A stretch of 64,000 nt of DNA from Basidiobolus meristosporus CBS 931.73. Its lineage: Eukaryota; Fungi; Basidiobolomycota. The stretch is taken from positions 62,001-126,000 of the forward strand of contig MCFE01000179.1 of NCBI GenBank assembly GCA_002104905.1, written 5' to 3'. The notes under the pieces were generated by a model. It worked only from the letters and a program-made list of their open reading frames with translations, was not told where the DNA came from and made no database searches. Below are positions 36,220 through 49,420 of this stretch, in pieces (within the stretch, counting starts at the first letter, position 1; each line of letters begins with the position of its first letter). The position numbers and the translations under genes were made by a program.

Positions 36220-38560
36220 AACATGTAGTGCAATCAATATCCCAGGTAAAGAAAGTAGTATCTTTGCAGCAAAGAAGGAACTCATCTAGTTTAATTAGCA
36301 GCTAAGAACTGAACCATTTTGCAATGTAACAGCAGGGGAGCACCTTACAGTCTTTGAAGCACAACAACAGTGCCCAAAGATGGAGCCCACAGAAAAACCT
36401 ATCACAGCATGGGAGGGAGATAATGTGGTGTTCATACCACAGCAAAGAAATTAAAAGATATTACAGATCAGTGAAGCCATTTGGAGTATTAATGAAGAGC
36501 AGGATAATATTCAATAGACCGTCAGAAGTATAGCACACCATCACTCTGAGGCCAGCATACCATGGGATCATCTGGAGCTGAAGGCAAAGAAGAATGTGCT
36601 TGACATGTTCCATGAGCATTATCCTAGATTCAAACAGGCAAACAGATTTTGGGTCAGCATTGGTAAGCTAAGATAGTATCTTAAGAATAGCAGAAACTAC
36701 CAAAGGCAGAAGAAGGATGCCATGGCTAAAGACCAGCGGCTTCCTCAAGAGCCTATCACAAGCAAGGCTGAAAGCTCTAAGCAAGCATCAAATAGATGTC
36801 AGGTGCTGGAAGAGTGCCAATAAGGGGCAAGCTGGCAGACACAGATGCACTGGCACAGAATTCAGCAAGAAAAAGCTTTTTACTACTGATGAAGCACTCA
36901 GTCAACATAGCAGTGAAGGACCTGGCAGTGATAAAAGCCAGCAGCTTTCTCAGGAGCCCCCCCACAACTATGGCTAAGTGCTAAAAACAAGTGATAAATA
37001 AATGTCAAGTTGCCAAGATAGTGCCAGCAAGGGACAAGCAGGCCAAAACAGATGCCTCAGAGCTGAGTTTATCAAGGAGAAAATGTAGCTCATTACAAGA
37101 AGCACTCAGACAAAGTAGCAGTGAAATACCAGGCAGTGATAAAGGAAGAGGTAAAGGGAAAAACATCTACCTAAGCTTGAGACAGGGAAGCATACAATGG
37201 AAACTGCAGTTCTTGCCAATTAGTACTCTAAGCCCAAGACAGATTGAGTCTCATCATAGACAAGAAGAATTACCAACAAGAAAACAGCTATTTTCACAAG
37301 AGTTGGAAGCACAGGCAGTTGTTACAAGTCTTGGTATAAGAGCTGTAGAGGAATAGCAAGTTTAGCTAGTATTGTACTCACTAAAACTTGAACTGATTTT
37401 TATTGAGGTTCCTGCAGCTCCTTATATACACTTTGCTAGATCAATTACTGACTAATTGTATTTCCTAATGTAGGCTGTGGCTGATGACTCATTTGATTGC
37501 ATCATCATCCTCCTATAAGATCCTGCTTAATATATCTATTTCTGTCTGATAAGGATCTGCTGATTCATTTGCTGACAAATGCTACTGATTTGATAGGTAA
37601 TACTGATATACTGAAAGGCTAAACATATAACTAATTGATTTGACTAGAAATGGATCTAACTTCAACATTCAAGTTGTAGATCATAACACAGCTGAGCTAC
37701 ACCCTAGCAAGATATATGGGTTTGCAGAGAAAGACAATCCATCCACTACAGCCTTCATGTCCTCCATTGTTGACAGAGTGGAGATCCAAATGACAGATAA
37801 GGCTACATACTGAAGAGCTTAAAAACTATCACAATTCCCTTGGTGGAATTTTGGAACATTAATAGGCACACCAAGAGGTTGCAGCACTTATTCAAGAGTA
37901 TTACTTGGGTAAATGCACTTAAATATTGCATGGATTTATTACAAAGACTGGCAGATGAGGTGCTAGACCTTGTAGTGCCAGCTGAAGACCAGGTTGTGTG
38001 GAAACCAGTGAATCAACAGTGGCACAAAGCCATTGGGCTCCTGCTGGAGTCATGGAAACAGAGTGTTACAGCAGAAATACTTATTGAGTGGTGGATCTTA
38101 ATGGAGTTACATGTTTGGTGCAGGGTTGAGCTTAATGTTGGTTTTGGGAATAGGGACTTGTATAGGTCAATACAATTGGCAATTGAGGTATAACTGAAGT
38201 TTCAATGGAAATAATTCATTTTGTATGCATAAAAAGTAAGAAAATTGGTTGAATCAGGAAGTAAGGAGTGTGAAAAAGAGGCAATATCCAATCAATGTGC
38301 ACAAACATAGGAGGTAATTGAGTGTTTGGGATTAGAAAGTGAGCAAATTTGCAGGGATCCAGCCTAATGCCATTAATATGTTGTTGAGATGGAAAATGTT
38401 GGCTAAGTTTTTTGTGATATTTGCGGTGCAATTATTCTTCAATGATCTCTGCACAGCATCCTGCCAGAATCAGTACCTCTTAGTCATTGGACTTTAACTT
38501 TGTGATGGCATTTTGATGGGATCATAACAATAATTTCTCATAGGGTTTCTGATAGAAATG
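36220..38560 (+). mobile_element. Family A ORF2 copy interrupted by a solo LTR
   Basis: ORF pieces RRKCSSLQEALRQSSSEIPGSDK and VEFWNINRHTKRLQH...AEILIEWW match the other copies. Confidence 0.7.
37320..37688. mobile_element. Solo LTR (369 bp, fourth LTR family)
   Basis: TGTTA...TAACA termini; 4-bp TSD CAGT/CAGC. Removal restores ORF2 (gcacaggCAGTtgagctacac; compare 40750-40770). Confidence 0.75.
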
Positions 38561-41200
38561 CCATGCAAATGTTAGTACAGGCAGGTATCAGGATGGTGTC
38601 TGGGTCATATGATGCTAGCAACATGATGGTTTTCCATTTGTACCATGTACATTGTATGTTACATCCCACAATGTTTTTGGCAAGAAGTAGTAGTAAATCC
38701 TCAAAACCCCCATTGGTAATGATTGTGGAAACACACTACTTCTTTGAACACCACATCACATCATTCACCAGTTGATGGATTTTTGGTCTCACTTGGCTCC
38801 ATAGAGTATCCTTGTCAATTTTTTTCACAGGTGTTGTCTCATTATATATTGTCATTTTGCAGAGCTCATGCCAGGAACTGTTGATAGGGGGATGGGCTCA
38901 CAATCCACCTGTGAGCCTACTTCTTCAGAGCTATCACTCTGTATGCCGTATTTAGAAGGACAAGGCAAGCCCAAAGATGGCACAAGCTCACCTGACTTGG
39001 TTTATTCAAGGTTACAAGTACAGCTAAGTGTTATTATTGACATATCAGGTGGCAGGCAAGATATTGATGGTACTATAGTGACTGAAGAATGGTCAAATAT
39101 GACTTGTGTAGCAACATACTGGCTGTGATCCTTATAATACTTTGTATGCTATCTGTGTGCTTCATGACTGAGATGCTTGTTACAATAGCCAAATGGACTT
39201 TTTCTCTATGAATCTCTGCAGAGCTACAATCTGATTATGATTCTCACACAGATGAGAATGTTGCAATTGCAGTGACCATGGCTGAAGACCCGCAAGTGGC
39301 TGTCATAACATCACCACTACTGGTATTACAAAATATGTAGTCAGCTCAGACTAAGTCATTAATGAGGCAATTAGATACAGTGGCTAATATGATAGATACA
39401 ATGCCCCAGAGAAATCAGGAAATAGTCAAGAGACAGGATGAGTGGATAGCACATGTAGAGCAATCAATACTCAAGGTAGATAACTCAGTAGTTTTGCTGC
39501 AAATAAGAAACCCAATTAGCGCAAAGTCACACCCAAGAATTAAGCCACTTCTCAATGTTACAGCAGAAGAACACTGTACAGTCTTTGAAGCACAACAACA
39601 GTGCCAAAAGATAAAGCTCATACAGAAACCCCTCACAGCGTGGGAGGGAGAAGCTGTGGTGTTTATATCCCAGCCCAATAATCAAAAGACTTTGAAGATC
39701 TGTGAGGCTGTTGAGTGCAGTCATGAAGAGCTGGCTAATATTCAAGCAGCTGTTAGAAGTCAAGTGCAGCATCAGCTTAAGGCCTGCATACAATGGGGCC
39801 ATCAGGAGCTCAAGGCTAAGCAGAATTAACTTGGCCTGTTTTATGAGCATTATCCTGGATTCAAGCAAGCAAACAGATTTTGAGCATACATTGGGATGCT
39901 AAGAAAGTATCTCAAGAATGGCAGAAACACTCAAAGGCAGAAGTACAGGGGTACCATGGTTAAAAGCAGCGGTTTCCTTAAAAGCTTACCATAAGCAGGG
40001 CCAAAAGCTCCAGAAAAGTAACAATGAAACATCAATTAGCCAGGAGAGTTCCAGTTAGGGATAGACAGGCAGAAACAGATACAGCAGTGCATTAATTATC
40101 ACAGAGAAAATGTAGTTCAGTACAAGAAGCACTCATCACAGCAGAAGTGAAGGGCTTGACAATGATAAAACCTGTGGCTTTCTCAGGAGCCTATCACAAG
40201 CAGGGCTGGAAGGTCCAAACAAGTGGCAAAGAAGCATCAGGTTTCCAATAGAAAGCCATTATGGCACAAGCAGGTAAAAACAGAGGCACCAGTTCATCAT
40301 TTCTCAAGGAGAAAACAAAGTACAACACTAGAAGCACTTGGTCACAGTAGCAGTGAACCACTTGACAGCAACAAGAGCCTGCAGCTCTCTCAGAAGCCTG
40401 ACACAAGCAGGGCTGATAGTTCCAAGCAAGCAGCTAAGAAATGTTAGGTTGCCAGGATAGTGCTGGCAGGGAACAAGCAAGCAGAAATGGATTCAGCAGT
40501 GCAGTGTTCATTTAGGAGAAAACAGAGTACAGCACAAGAAGCACTACAGTGAAGTTGCAGTGATATTCCTGGCAGTGATAGTGGTAGAGGTAGAGAAAAA
40601 AAATCTATCCAAGCCAGAGACAGAGAAGCCTGGACAAAAACCTGCAGTTATCACCAATTAACACCATCAGCCCCAAACAGGCTGCATCACATCATAGCCA
40701 AGAAGAATAACAAACAAGACACCAGCTGTTTTTTCTAGTGCTGGAAGTGTAGCCTGTTGAGCTACACTCCATTAAGGTAGATGTGTTTACAGAGAGAAGC
40801 AATTTGTCTACCACTGCCTCTGCACCCTCAATTGCAAACAGAGTGGAGTTCAAACCTACAGACAAAGCAACAATGTCAAGAACTCAAAAGACACTCACAA
40901 TTCCTTCAGTGGAGTTTTGGAACATTAATAGGCATATCAAGAGGTTGCAGCACTTCTTCAAGAGCAGTGCTCAAGAAAATGCACTTGAACACCTCAAGAA
41001 TCCATTGCAAAGACTAGCAGATGTGGTGCTAGACCATGCATTGCCAGCTAAAGGTCAGGACATATATATATGAAATAATGAGTGAGCAGTGGCACAGAGA
41101 CAAGGGGTTCCCAACAAAGTCATGCAAAATAGGCATTACAGCAGAAATTCTCATTGAATGGTGGATTTTGATGGAGCTGCTTTTTGAATGTGGGGCTATG
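38560..41200. mobile_element. Family A copy: transposase N-terminal piece (minus, 38.56-39.19 kb) and ORF2 (plus, 39.2-41.2 kb) with three ~206-bp internal repeats
   Basis: Aligns to 25.78-26.5 kb and 26.9-27.7 kb; repeat anchors a(c/t)aagcaggg at 39991, 40196 and 40403. Confidence 0.72.
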
Positions 41201-41479
41201 CTTAATGTTATATGTTTGCCATATTGCTCTGGAGGCACCACCAAGTTACTTCTAATTATGATGTCTGCAGGAATTGACCAGTTGAGTCCACTCAGATTGG
41301 TGTAGACTGCATTAAGATAGCTGGGATGCCATGGAAATCCTGCTAAAGGTCCTTGTAAATGCTTTCAAGCTTATTTTTCTGTTTGGCAGCAACAGCAGCA
41401 AAACACCATCACAGTTTCTTCAAAAGGTTGTGGGGAAGGTTAATAATTCTTACATGATCAGTAATGTGGCTAAGCAAGC

Positions 41480-44400
41480 ATTTAAAGACTGGAACTTATA
41501 ATCTATAAGCAGGACTGCAGCAACAGGACTCAATTATAGGTCTGGAAATTCAGTGTATTGTGCAAATGATCAGAATGCCACACATTTGTTCCTGGAGATC
41601 AGAGGATATACATGTAAGCCTATATTCCATCATATCTGGAATTTAACTCAAGGATCCTTCATGAAGAAACATTAATACTTTGGCATTGGAGAATTGGATA
41701 TGCCAGTTTCAACCACTTGAACAACAAAATCAGCTATCCTCCAGAGTGAATATTGATCCTCAGCTGGTTTGAAGCTCTGTAAGGCTGCACAAGTGGAAAA
41801 CCAGCCAGACAACTGCTCAAGAAATCTTGGCCAACTAAAGCATAGACAAATCCAGATGTGACCTATGGAGCTCAATGTTGATCTATGTAAGATGTATCAT
41901 TGGCTGAAATGAAGCATCTAGTTACTAGACATACTCCATCTGATAGTGCTACATAGTGTCAGCCATTTTGCAGTGCTTAATCCATCTGGCACTCTACAAC
42001 TCTATCCAGGGCTTTAAGCTTTGCCATAATCCTATTGATGGGATCTAGCTACTGGTATATTTGTTAAATTGTACCTATATTGCTCAGAATAGGGGCCAGC
42101 TTGATTATATAATGTTATAATGCTCCAGAGACATTTCTCTCATTGGATGTCATCCTGTGTAATTACACTGTATATTAATAAATATCTTGACTATTAGCCT
42201 ATTCTGCTGTTTTCTCTTATTTGTGACTCTCCTCTGAATTTATCAGCCAATGTGATGCATTTCATCAGATATTATTTGCTTCATGCTATGCACACCATTT
42301 ACATGGCTTTATACAAGATGTAATACATCCTTATCTCTGACAATCCTGTTATATATAGGCCTAGCCTGCCATACACTTATCTACTCTACTGTATTCTAGA
42401 AGATTCTCAGCCCAGAGTGCTTTGTCATGTCTACTTCTAGTAAATAACACATGGAACCAGATGATATTACCCTCAGTTTTAGACAGTGCTTGAAACTCAT
42501 ACTGTGTGCTTTATATTTGCCAGAATATAGTGCTTCTGCCCACAGAATGCTTACTAATTCTCACTGGGAAGGTCCCAAAGATACATCTGATATATAATCT
42601 GGTGCAGAACACTGTTTAATATGAGAGTCATTTGGATCTTCTGTGCCTAGTATTCCAAGCTTACTCTAACTTATTCAAGTCCTCTGCAAGATGGCTCTCA
42701 ACTGTTGTCAGCTAGGAGTAAAGGCTTGTAGCCTTTTGTTGCCATTATTTGTGTAATAAATCTTATTGGGCAGTAGCAACATAATCAAAAAATGGATCGG
42801 ATTTTGTTGCAGCAGCTCAGCAGATTTTGAGATACCAAAATAGAACTGCTGATGTTGGCTTAAAGTACACCAATAAGAATCTGGAACAGGCACTTCCAGG
42901 ATACTGTGATGCTGATAGGGGACAAAACTCAGAAGACACAAGGTTGGCCACAGTACACAACTGTTGTGCTTCAACATTTACAACTTAGTCAATTTCACTC
43001 CATTAGAAAATCTAGTACCCTAGCTGATTCTCCCTAACCCAAACATAACTAATCTCTGTTATGGTTTATTTTATCACTTCTCAGAAGCTATTTTTAGCTG
43101 TCACACCTGATCAATTTTCATGTGGTCATTACAACCTCAACTGATCTGCTAAGCCTTTCCAAAGGATTAGTCATCTGAGATCTATCCAATCACTTAGTAG
43201 TTACCAAGACATCAGCTGATTAATGATGCAATTTTTCCTTTATCTTATGCACCTATCAACACCCCAACAGATTTCAATTAGTCCAGTCTCTTGGCGCTTA
43301 CTAATTCAACTTGATCAGGAAAATATAAATAAAGATTACTGCACCTTTTGGTTTAGCGTTTGTCTCAATGAAATTAAGATTGTACCTCAGCAAAACTAAG
43401 AATTCAGCAATGCTGTGCTAGTTTCCACCCAAGCCTGGCATATCTAGCATTCCAAAAAGCACCAAGCCTAGCCTGCATAACAAACCTACTTGGTTGCATT
43501 TATAACCCTACTCAACTATATACAAAACCAATATTAGCCCAGAACTTCTCTGCTAATATTTCTGTTACCCTTGACAATTGTAAGATTCTGCACTTAGTTA
43601 TCACTTAGGTTCAGTTCACTCATTCAAGAGCTTTATTACACTCTTCTCTTGGATACAACACCACCCTTACTGGAACAGAGCTTGTTGCAATGCTCAAGAA
43701 AGCACCCAACCTAAGCACTTTCTGTTGTAAAAATTTGTAACCTCACCTAAATATTTACCTAACTTATTCACTTGGATCCTTACCTTCAAATCTTAGAAAA
43801 TACTGACCAAAATCCTTGTTGGGATTTATGTAGAATATTTTCACCCAAATATCAGGTACCTAGAACATGAAAATTCTCAAAGCTGTTCAAGCAGCCCCAA
43901 GCTGTGCACACATGCTCTTGGGACCTTCAAAAGTCTATTCTATGTCTTGGTTATGCCATGACCATGCAAATGTATAAATACTACTTTTACATTCAATTGA
44001 TCATTAAGTGAAAACCACATAATCTGCTTGTTCTCCCAGTCAGTTCCAATATCTCCAAGACTCTTACAGCAGGTTATGAGCCCCAAGCTGTCACTCTATG
44101 CAATGTCTACTACTGCTATTACTGGAATTTTTTCCTTTTCTGAAAAGTTAGATGCATCTAACTACCAAGTGTGAATGGCAAAGATGAAGATGCTGCTACA
44201 AGAAAGAGGCCTTTAGGATATTGTCAGGGGAGAGGAATGCCCTCCTAAAAACATGGGAGAGGGAGCCTTAAGGTACCAGAAGAAAGAATAAAGTGCCTTA
44301 AACTGTATTTGCCTTAATGTCAAAGACAAATTGCTAATTCAATGCTCAACAGCAAAACAGCAAAGAATGCCTGGAAGGCATTAGAAGACCCTACCAGTCA

Positions 44401-47400
44401 TGTTCAGTTGCCAATAAAATGTATCTTAGACAAAAATTCTTTACTACAAAGATGCTGCCAGGAGAAGAAATGAAAAATCTTACAACAGAATTACCCTGCC
44501 GGTGGATGAGATGGAATATGTTGGCATACCACTTACTGATGAGGATGTGATAGTAACCATCCTGAATAGCCTTAAAGACAGGCTTCAGGGTCTTGTATCA
44601 GTCCCAGAGTGCAGAACTGTATATTTGACCTTAAATTATATACATGGAAGGCTCCTGAACAAAGAATTCAGAACATCAAGCACCAATAAGAAGGAAGAAG
44701 AAAATGCTTTGATGAGCAATAATAAGCAACAAAGGATATACCTAAGACCTTTCAAGGGCAATAGCAACCTATTTTTCAACTAGTTCAAAAGGAAAGGACA
44801 CACCTCAGACTGGTGCCTGATGAAGAAAGATAGTCAGCAGAAAAAGCCTGAACATGGAAGTGCTGCAACAACTGAAGATAGAGTTTTCATATCTGCACTA
44901 CAAGTGATAACAATCAAGGATTCTCAGTTGTGGTATGTTGACTCTGGAGCATCTGAACAGTTTACACACTAAAAAGAAGTTTTTACCAAATATCAAGAAA
45001 TTCCAATTTAGAGGGTTTTCATGGGTGACAATAAAGCACTTGATGCAGTGGGAGAAGGAACTGTCCAAGTAAACCTTAGGAGCAGTGAAGGAAGCCACAC
45101 ACTAATCTTTAAAGAAGTACTCCATGTACCAGAAATAGTCAAGAACCTACTATCTGTAAGTAAGTCTGCAGCAAAAGGACTCAGTTTCAACTTTGACAAT
45201 TCTTGATGCAGGAACACTGATCAAAATGGTGCTCATATTGCATTGGGTATCAGAGATCAGAATCTGAATAAGTTGACTATATTCCATCATATCTGGAAGC
45301 CAATCTAAGTAATTTAAATGAAGAAACACCAGTGCTTTAGCACAGGAGTTTAGACAAATCAGTTTTGCTTATTTGCCCAAGTTGATCATAGATCTGCTAA
45401 ATTCTGGAGTAAAAATTGATCCCCCATCTAGTTTGGAGCACTGTGAAGCATGCATATGTGCAAAATAAGCCAGACAACCATTCATAATCAAAACTAAGAA
45501 AAAATTAGATCAAATTCACTCAGATCTGTGTGGGCCTATGTAGAATTTATCATTGGGTAGGATAAATTATTTAATCCCTTTTATAGATGATTTTACAAGA
45601 TACACATGGGTCTACTTCATGGAGAGAAAGGAAGAAGCTCTGTCTAAGCTCAGGGAGTTTATAGCCATGGTTGGATGGAATCAGTTGCCACAGCTGTGTA
45701 CTTAAAAATAGGAGTTATAATATAATACCTCATGATTCTACTCCATTTGAGGCATGGAATGGATACAGACCAAGTGCAGAACATCTAAGAATACTTGGGT
45801 GTATGGCATATGCCAAGAAACTGCCTGTAAATCAGTCAAAATATGGGCCAAAAAGTGTAAAATGCATACTTTTGGGCTACTTCAATCAGAGTGAAGCATA
45901 CAAGCTCTACAATACTAAAGTAAAGAAGCTGATCAAGTCCAGCAAAGAGTTGTTTGATGAAAAGTAAGACTTTTACAAAAAATGACTTCAGATGATGACA
46001 GAAATCTGATCTCAAGTACACCAATTGTTATGATTGAGTCAGAGCAAAACAATAAAAATCTTTTCACTCCAGAGGACTCTACAACCGTGGTTCAGCCTGA
46101 AGCAGTGCCCAGGAATATCCCAGAAGTGATTGTTCCAGTATCAAATGCCCAGAGGTCCAACCAGAAAAGAAATAGCAAATTACTCTATCAATGTGGGTGC
46201 AAACTTAGCCTATGCCTATGCAGTCCATATTGATGAGCCCCTGACTATAAAAGAGGCCCTCAATAGCCCTCAGTGAAAGTCTCGGAGATCTGCAATGACT
46301 GAGGAATATCAGGCCCTAATGGAAAACCAAACTTGGGACCTAGTCAAATTACCAATCAACAAAGAACCAATTGGATGCAGATGGGTCTTGTGGACAAAAT
46401 ACAAGGGTGATGGTACAGTTAAAATATCTGAAGCAAGACTTGTGGCCAAAGGAAATTCTCAAACAAAAGGACTTGACTATACTGATACCATTGCACCAGT
46501 AGCCAAGTTTAATTCCATCAGATCAATATTGGCTATTGCAGCCAAATATAAGTTCTTTACTCATCAAATGGATTTAAAAGCTGCATTTTTGAATGGAGAA
46601 CTTGATGAGGACGTGTATATGGACCAGCCTGATGGGTTTGCTGACCAAGATAACCCCCATTTGGTCTGCAAGCTTAAAAAGTCCCTATATGGACTCAAAC
46701 AATCACCAAGAGTCTGGAATTGCAAAATAGATTCTTACTTCAAATCTCTGAGCATCAAAAGAAGTAATGCTGATTATGGTATATATTATTAGCCAGATAA
46801 AGCCAATCCAGTTCTATTAGCTCTATATGTGGATGATCTTATTACAGCCACCAATAACCTGGAAACAATGGAAGAGACTAGATCCAGTCTATCTAAAGAG
46901 TACAAGATGTCCAATCTAGGCAAACTCATATTGCAGCAATTAAGCAGATTTTTAGATACCTAAAAGGAGCTGCCAGTATCTGCTCAAGATACACTTATAA
47001 GGATTCAGAGCAGGATCTTGTGGGATACTCTGATGCTGATTGGGGACAGAATTTGGAAGACAGAAGATCCACCACAGGATACACCTTTCTTCACTGTAAA
47101 GGAGGGATTTCATGGAATTCAAGAAAGCAACCAACCATAGGACTTTCCACCACAGAGGCAGAGTATATGGCAGCCTGTGAGGCTACAAAAGAAGCAATGT
47201 GGCTAAGGAAGCTTTTTAAAGGTTTAGGCTTATGTCAAAAGATGCCTGTTACTTTATTTCAGGATAATCAAGGATGTATACAGTTGGGTAGAAACCCAAC
47301 TTTTCATGCTAGAACTTAGCACATAGAAATTAGACATCATTTTGTATGCAAAGCTATAGTGAATAACTTGGTTAACTTAGCCCACTGTCCTTTAGATGAA

Positions 47401-48543
47401 ATGATTGCAGACATATTACCAAACCATCAGCTAGGGACAAGTTTGAATATCTTAGGTCAAAATTAGGACTAGTCAGTATGAGCATTTAGCTGAGTGGGAG
47501 TGTTGTAAGAATTTGGAATTCCACCTAAATATTCACCTAACTTAGTCACTTAGATTATGACCCTCAAATCCTAGAGAATACTGACCAAATTCCTTGTTGG
47601 GATTTACTTGGAATATTTACCCAGGACATGAAAATTCTCAACGTTGTTCAATCAGTTCCAAGCTTTGCACACATGCTTTTGGGACCTTCCTAAAGCTATT
47701 CTACATGCTTGCTATACTAAAACTATGTAAAAGTATATATACTACTCTTACACTTAATAAATCATAAAGTGAAAACCACATAATCTACTTGTTCTTCCAA
47801 TCACTTCCAATATCTCCAAGTCTCTTACAACACTTTCCACCACAGTGGCATAGTATAGAGCAGCCTCTGAGGCTACAAAAGAAGCAATGCAGCTAAGAAA
47901 GCTCTTTACCAAGTTATGTTGTGTGCAAAAGCCCCTGCTGCATTATTTCACAGTATAAAGGATGTATACCATCAGGTGGAAATCCGGCTTTGGGTACTGG
48001 AGTCCACCACAGTGGCATTGGAGATTGCTTCATATGGGAAGCTATTGAGAATAACTTGGTTGAGTTAGCTTACCATCCTGCAGACAAAATGAATGCGGAC
48101 ATATCTGCCAAACCATTGGCTAGAGACAAACTTGAATATCTTGGAACACAATGGAGGCTGGGTAATATGAATGTTCAGTCAAGTGGGAGTGTTGCAAAAT
48201 CTCATGGTTGCTCCCAAATATTTGCCAAACTTGGTCACTTGGAACATCACCTACAAATCTTTGAGAATTCCAACCAGATTCCTTGTTGGAGGCCACTCGG
48301 AATGTTTGAACCAAATCATCGGGTACCCAGAGCATGGAATTCCTCAACGTGGTCCAAGCAGCCCAGAACTTTGCACACATGCACTTGGGACCTTCCTTGG
48401 CATATTCTGCATGGGTTTTTTTTTTTGCCAAGACTGTGTAAAGGTGCGAATACCACTTTTATGTTCAGCAAATGATGAGGTGAGAACCACATAATCTACT
48501 TGCTCCCCCAACCACTTCCAACATCACCAAAACTGTTACGACC
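41480..48543 (+). mobile_element. Old, fragmented copia family 1 element (copy 5), host of copy 4
   Basis: LWHWRIGYASF at ~41.68 kb; RT/RH remnant at 42.78-42.96 kb; RKQPT..LSTTEA motif split by copy 4 at TSD CTTTC; RH end and PPT AAGTGGGAG, then 3' LTR 48190-48543. 5' LTR not found; interior interrupted by unassigned DNA. Confidence 0.65.
43723..47832 (+). mobile_element. Ty1/copia family 1, copy 4 (internal deletions in IN and RT)
   Basis: LTRs 43723-44071 and 47501-47832; perfect TSD CTTTC (43718-43722 and 47833-47837); PBS GGTTATGAGCCCC at 44072; PPT AGCTGAGTGGGAG; RT QMDLKAAFLNG, RH GYSDADW. Confidence 0.96.
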
Positions 48544-49199
48544 AGAGTGACCAGGCAGGGCCCATCACCTATGGGAATATTCATGGCAACATTGGCATTG
48601 ACCAAGGGGAGATGTTGATTATGTGGGTGTTCACCCCATAATATAGTGCGTGCAAAAGTGGCCTTGGTGATTGCGCACAATCTTGGCAAAAAAAAGGGGG
48701 GGTGGGAGATATGTGCCGAAGGGTGTAAAGAGCCTGTGGGCCTTTGGACAGACTTGAGATTCCCCGTGTCTTGGGTATATGCTATTCTGGTGATATGTCC
48801 CTGGCAAACCCAACTCTGACCATGCTGATAAAACCGCCAAAGTCATTTCGAGTGCCAGTGAGCTTGGTAGCAGGGGGGTACTTGGGCACCTGGTGTGCTG
48901 GGCCATGGGTAATCCGGGCTTGTCGCCAGGCAACAGAGCAGCTGCTGAGATCGGTGCATGTACCCTGAGAGGAAAAAATCAACAAAAGGCCAGCAGAACG
49001 CCATCATAACATCGGCTGAATCCCCAGTTTCTCTAAGCTTACCACTCTCCGCAACTCAGGTACCAGCCATTTGGCAGACAAGCAGACCCATTTTTCAGGA
49101 GGAGACCAGGCCAACTAGCCTTCCTACCGAATTCGCTGTTCCGCCACCCGCTACTTCCCCCGAAAATCGCAACAAACCATTTGAAGGAAAAACACCAGC

Positions 49200-49420
49200 T
49201 GAATGCCAGCAGATTGTCCGATGAATTCCAGGTTTGTGATCTTTCGTGGGGCGTGGAGTGGCCGATCCGGACAACGTTGCCCAGATTATGAGCCTTAGGT
49301 GACAAATTGATCAAAACCAACACGGCACCACCTGGAGCCATGACCAATGGCACGGTGGAATGAGTCTATTGAACGGGAACTTCAGACCAGGGGTGTTCCG
49401 TTCCGGGTAACGCGACATTC
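49200..49420 (+). pseudogene. Possible LTR-retrotransposon (Ty3/gypsy-like) integrase core relic
   Basis: DPDNVAQIMS resembles SDNG.QF.S; TAPPGAMTNGTVE*VY*T resembles T..YHPQTNG.VERVNRT, with TGA where CGA is expected. Frameshifted. Confidence 0.35.

Noticed and set aside
42980-43640. Possible further solo LTR inside old copia copy 5
   Set aside because: No convincing TG...CA pair with a TSD and no second copy in the window; left unassigned.
1-48500. Classical Neurospora-type RIP (CpA to TpA)
   Set aside because: CA and TG are abundant while CG is missing, so the pattern is CpG-directed. Indices were not computed.
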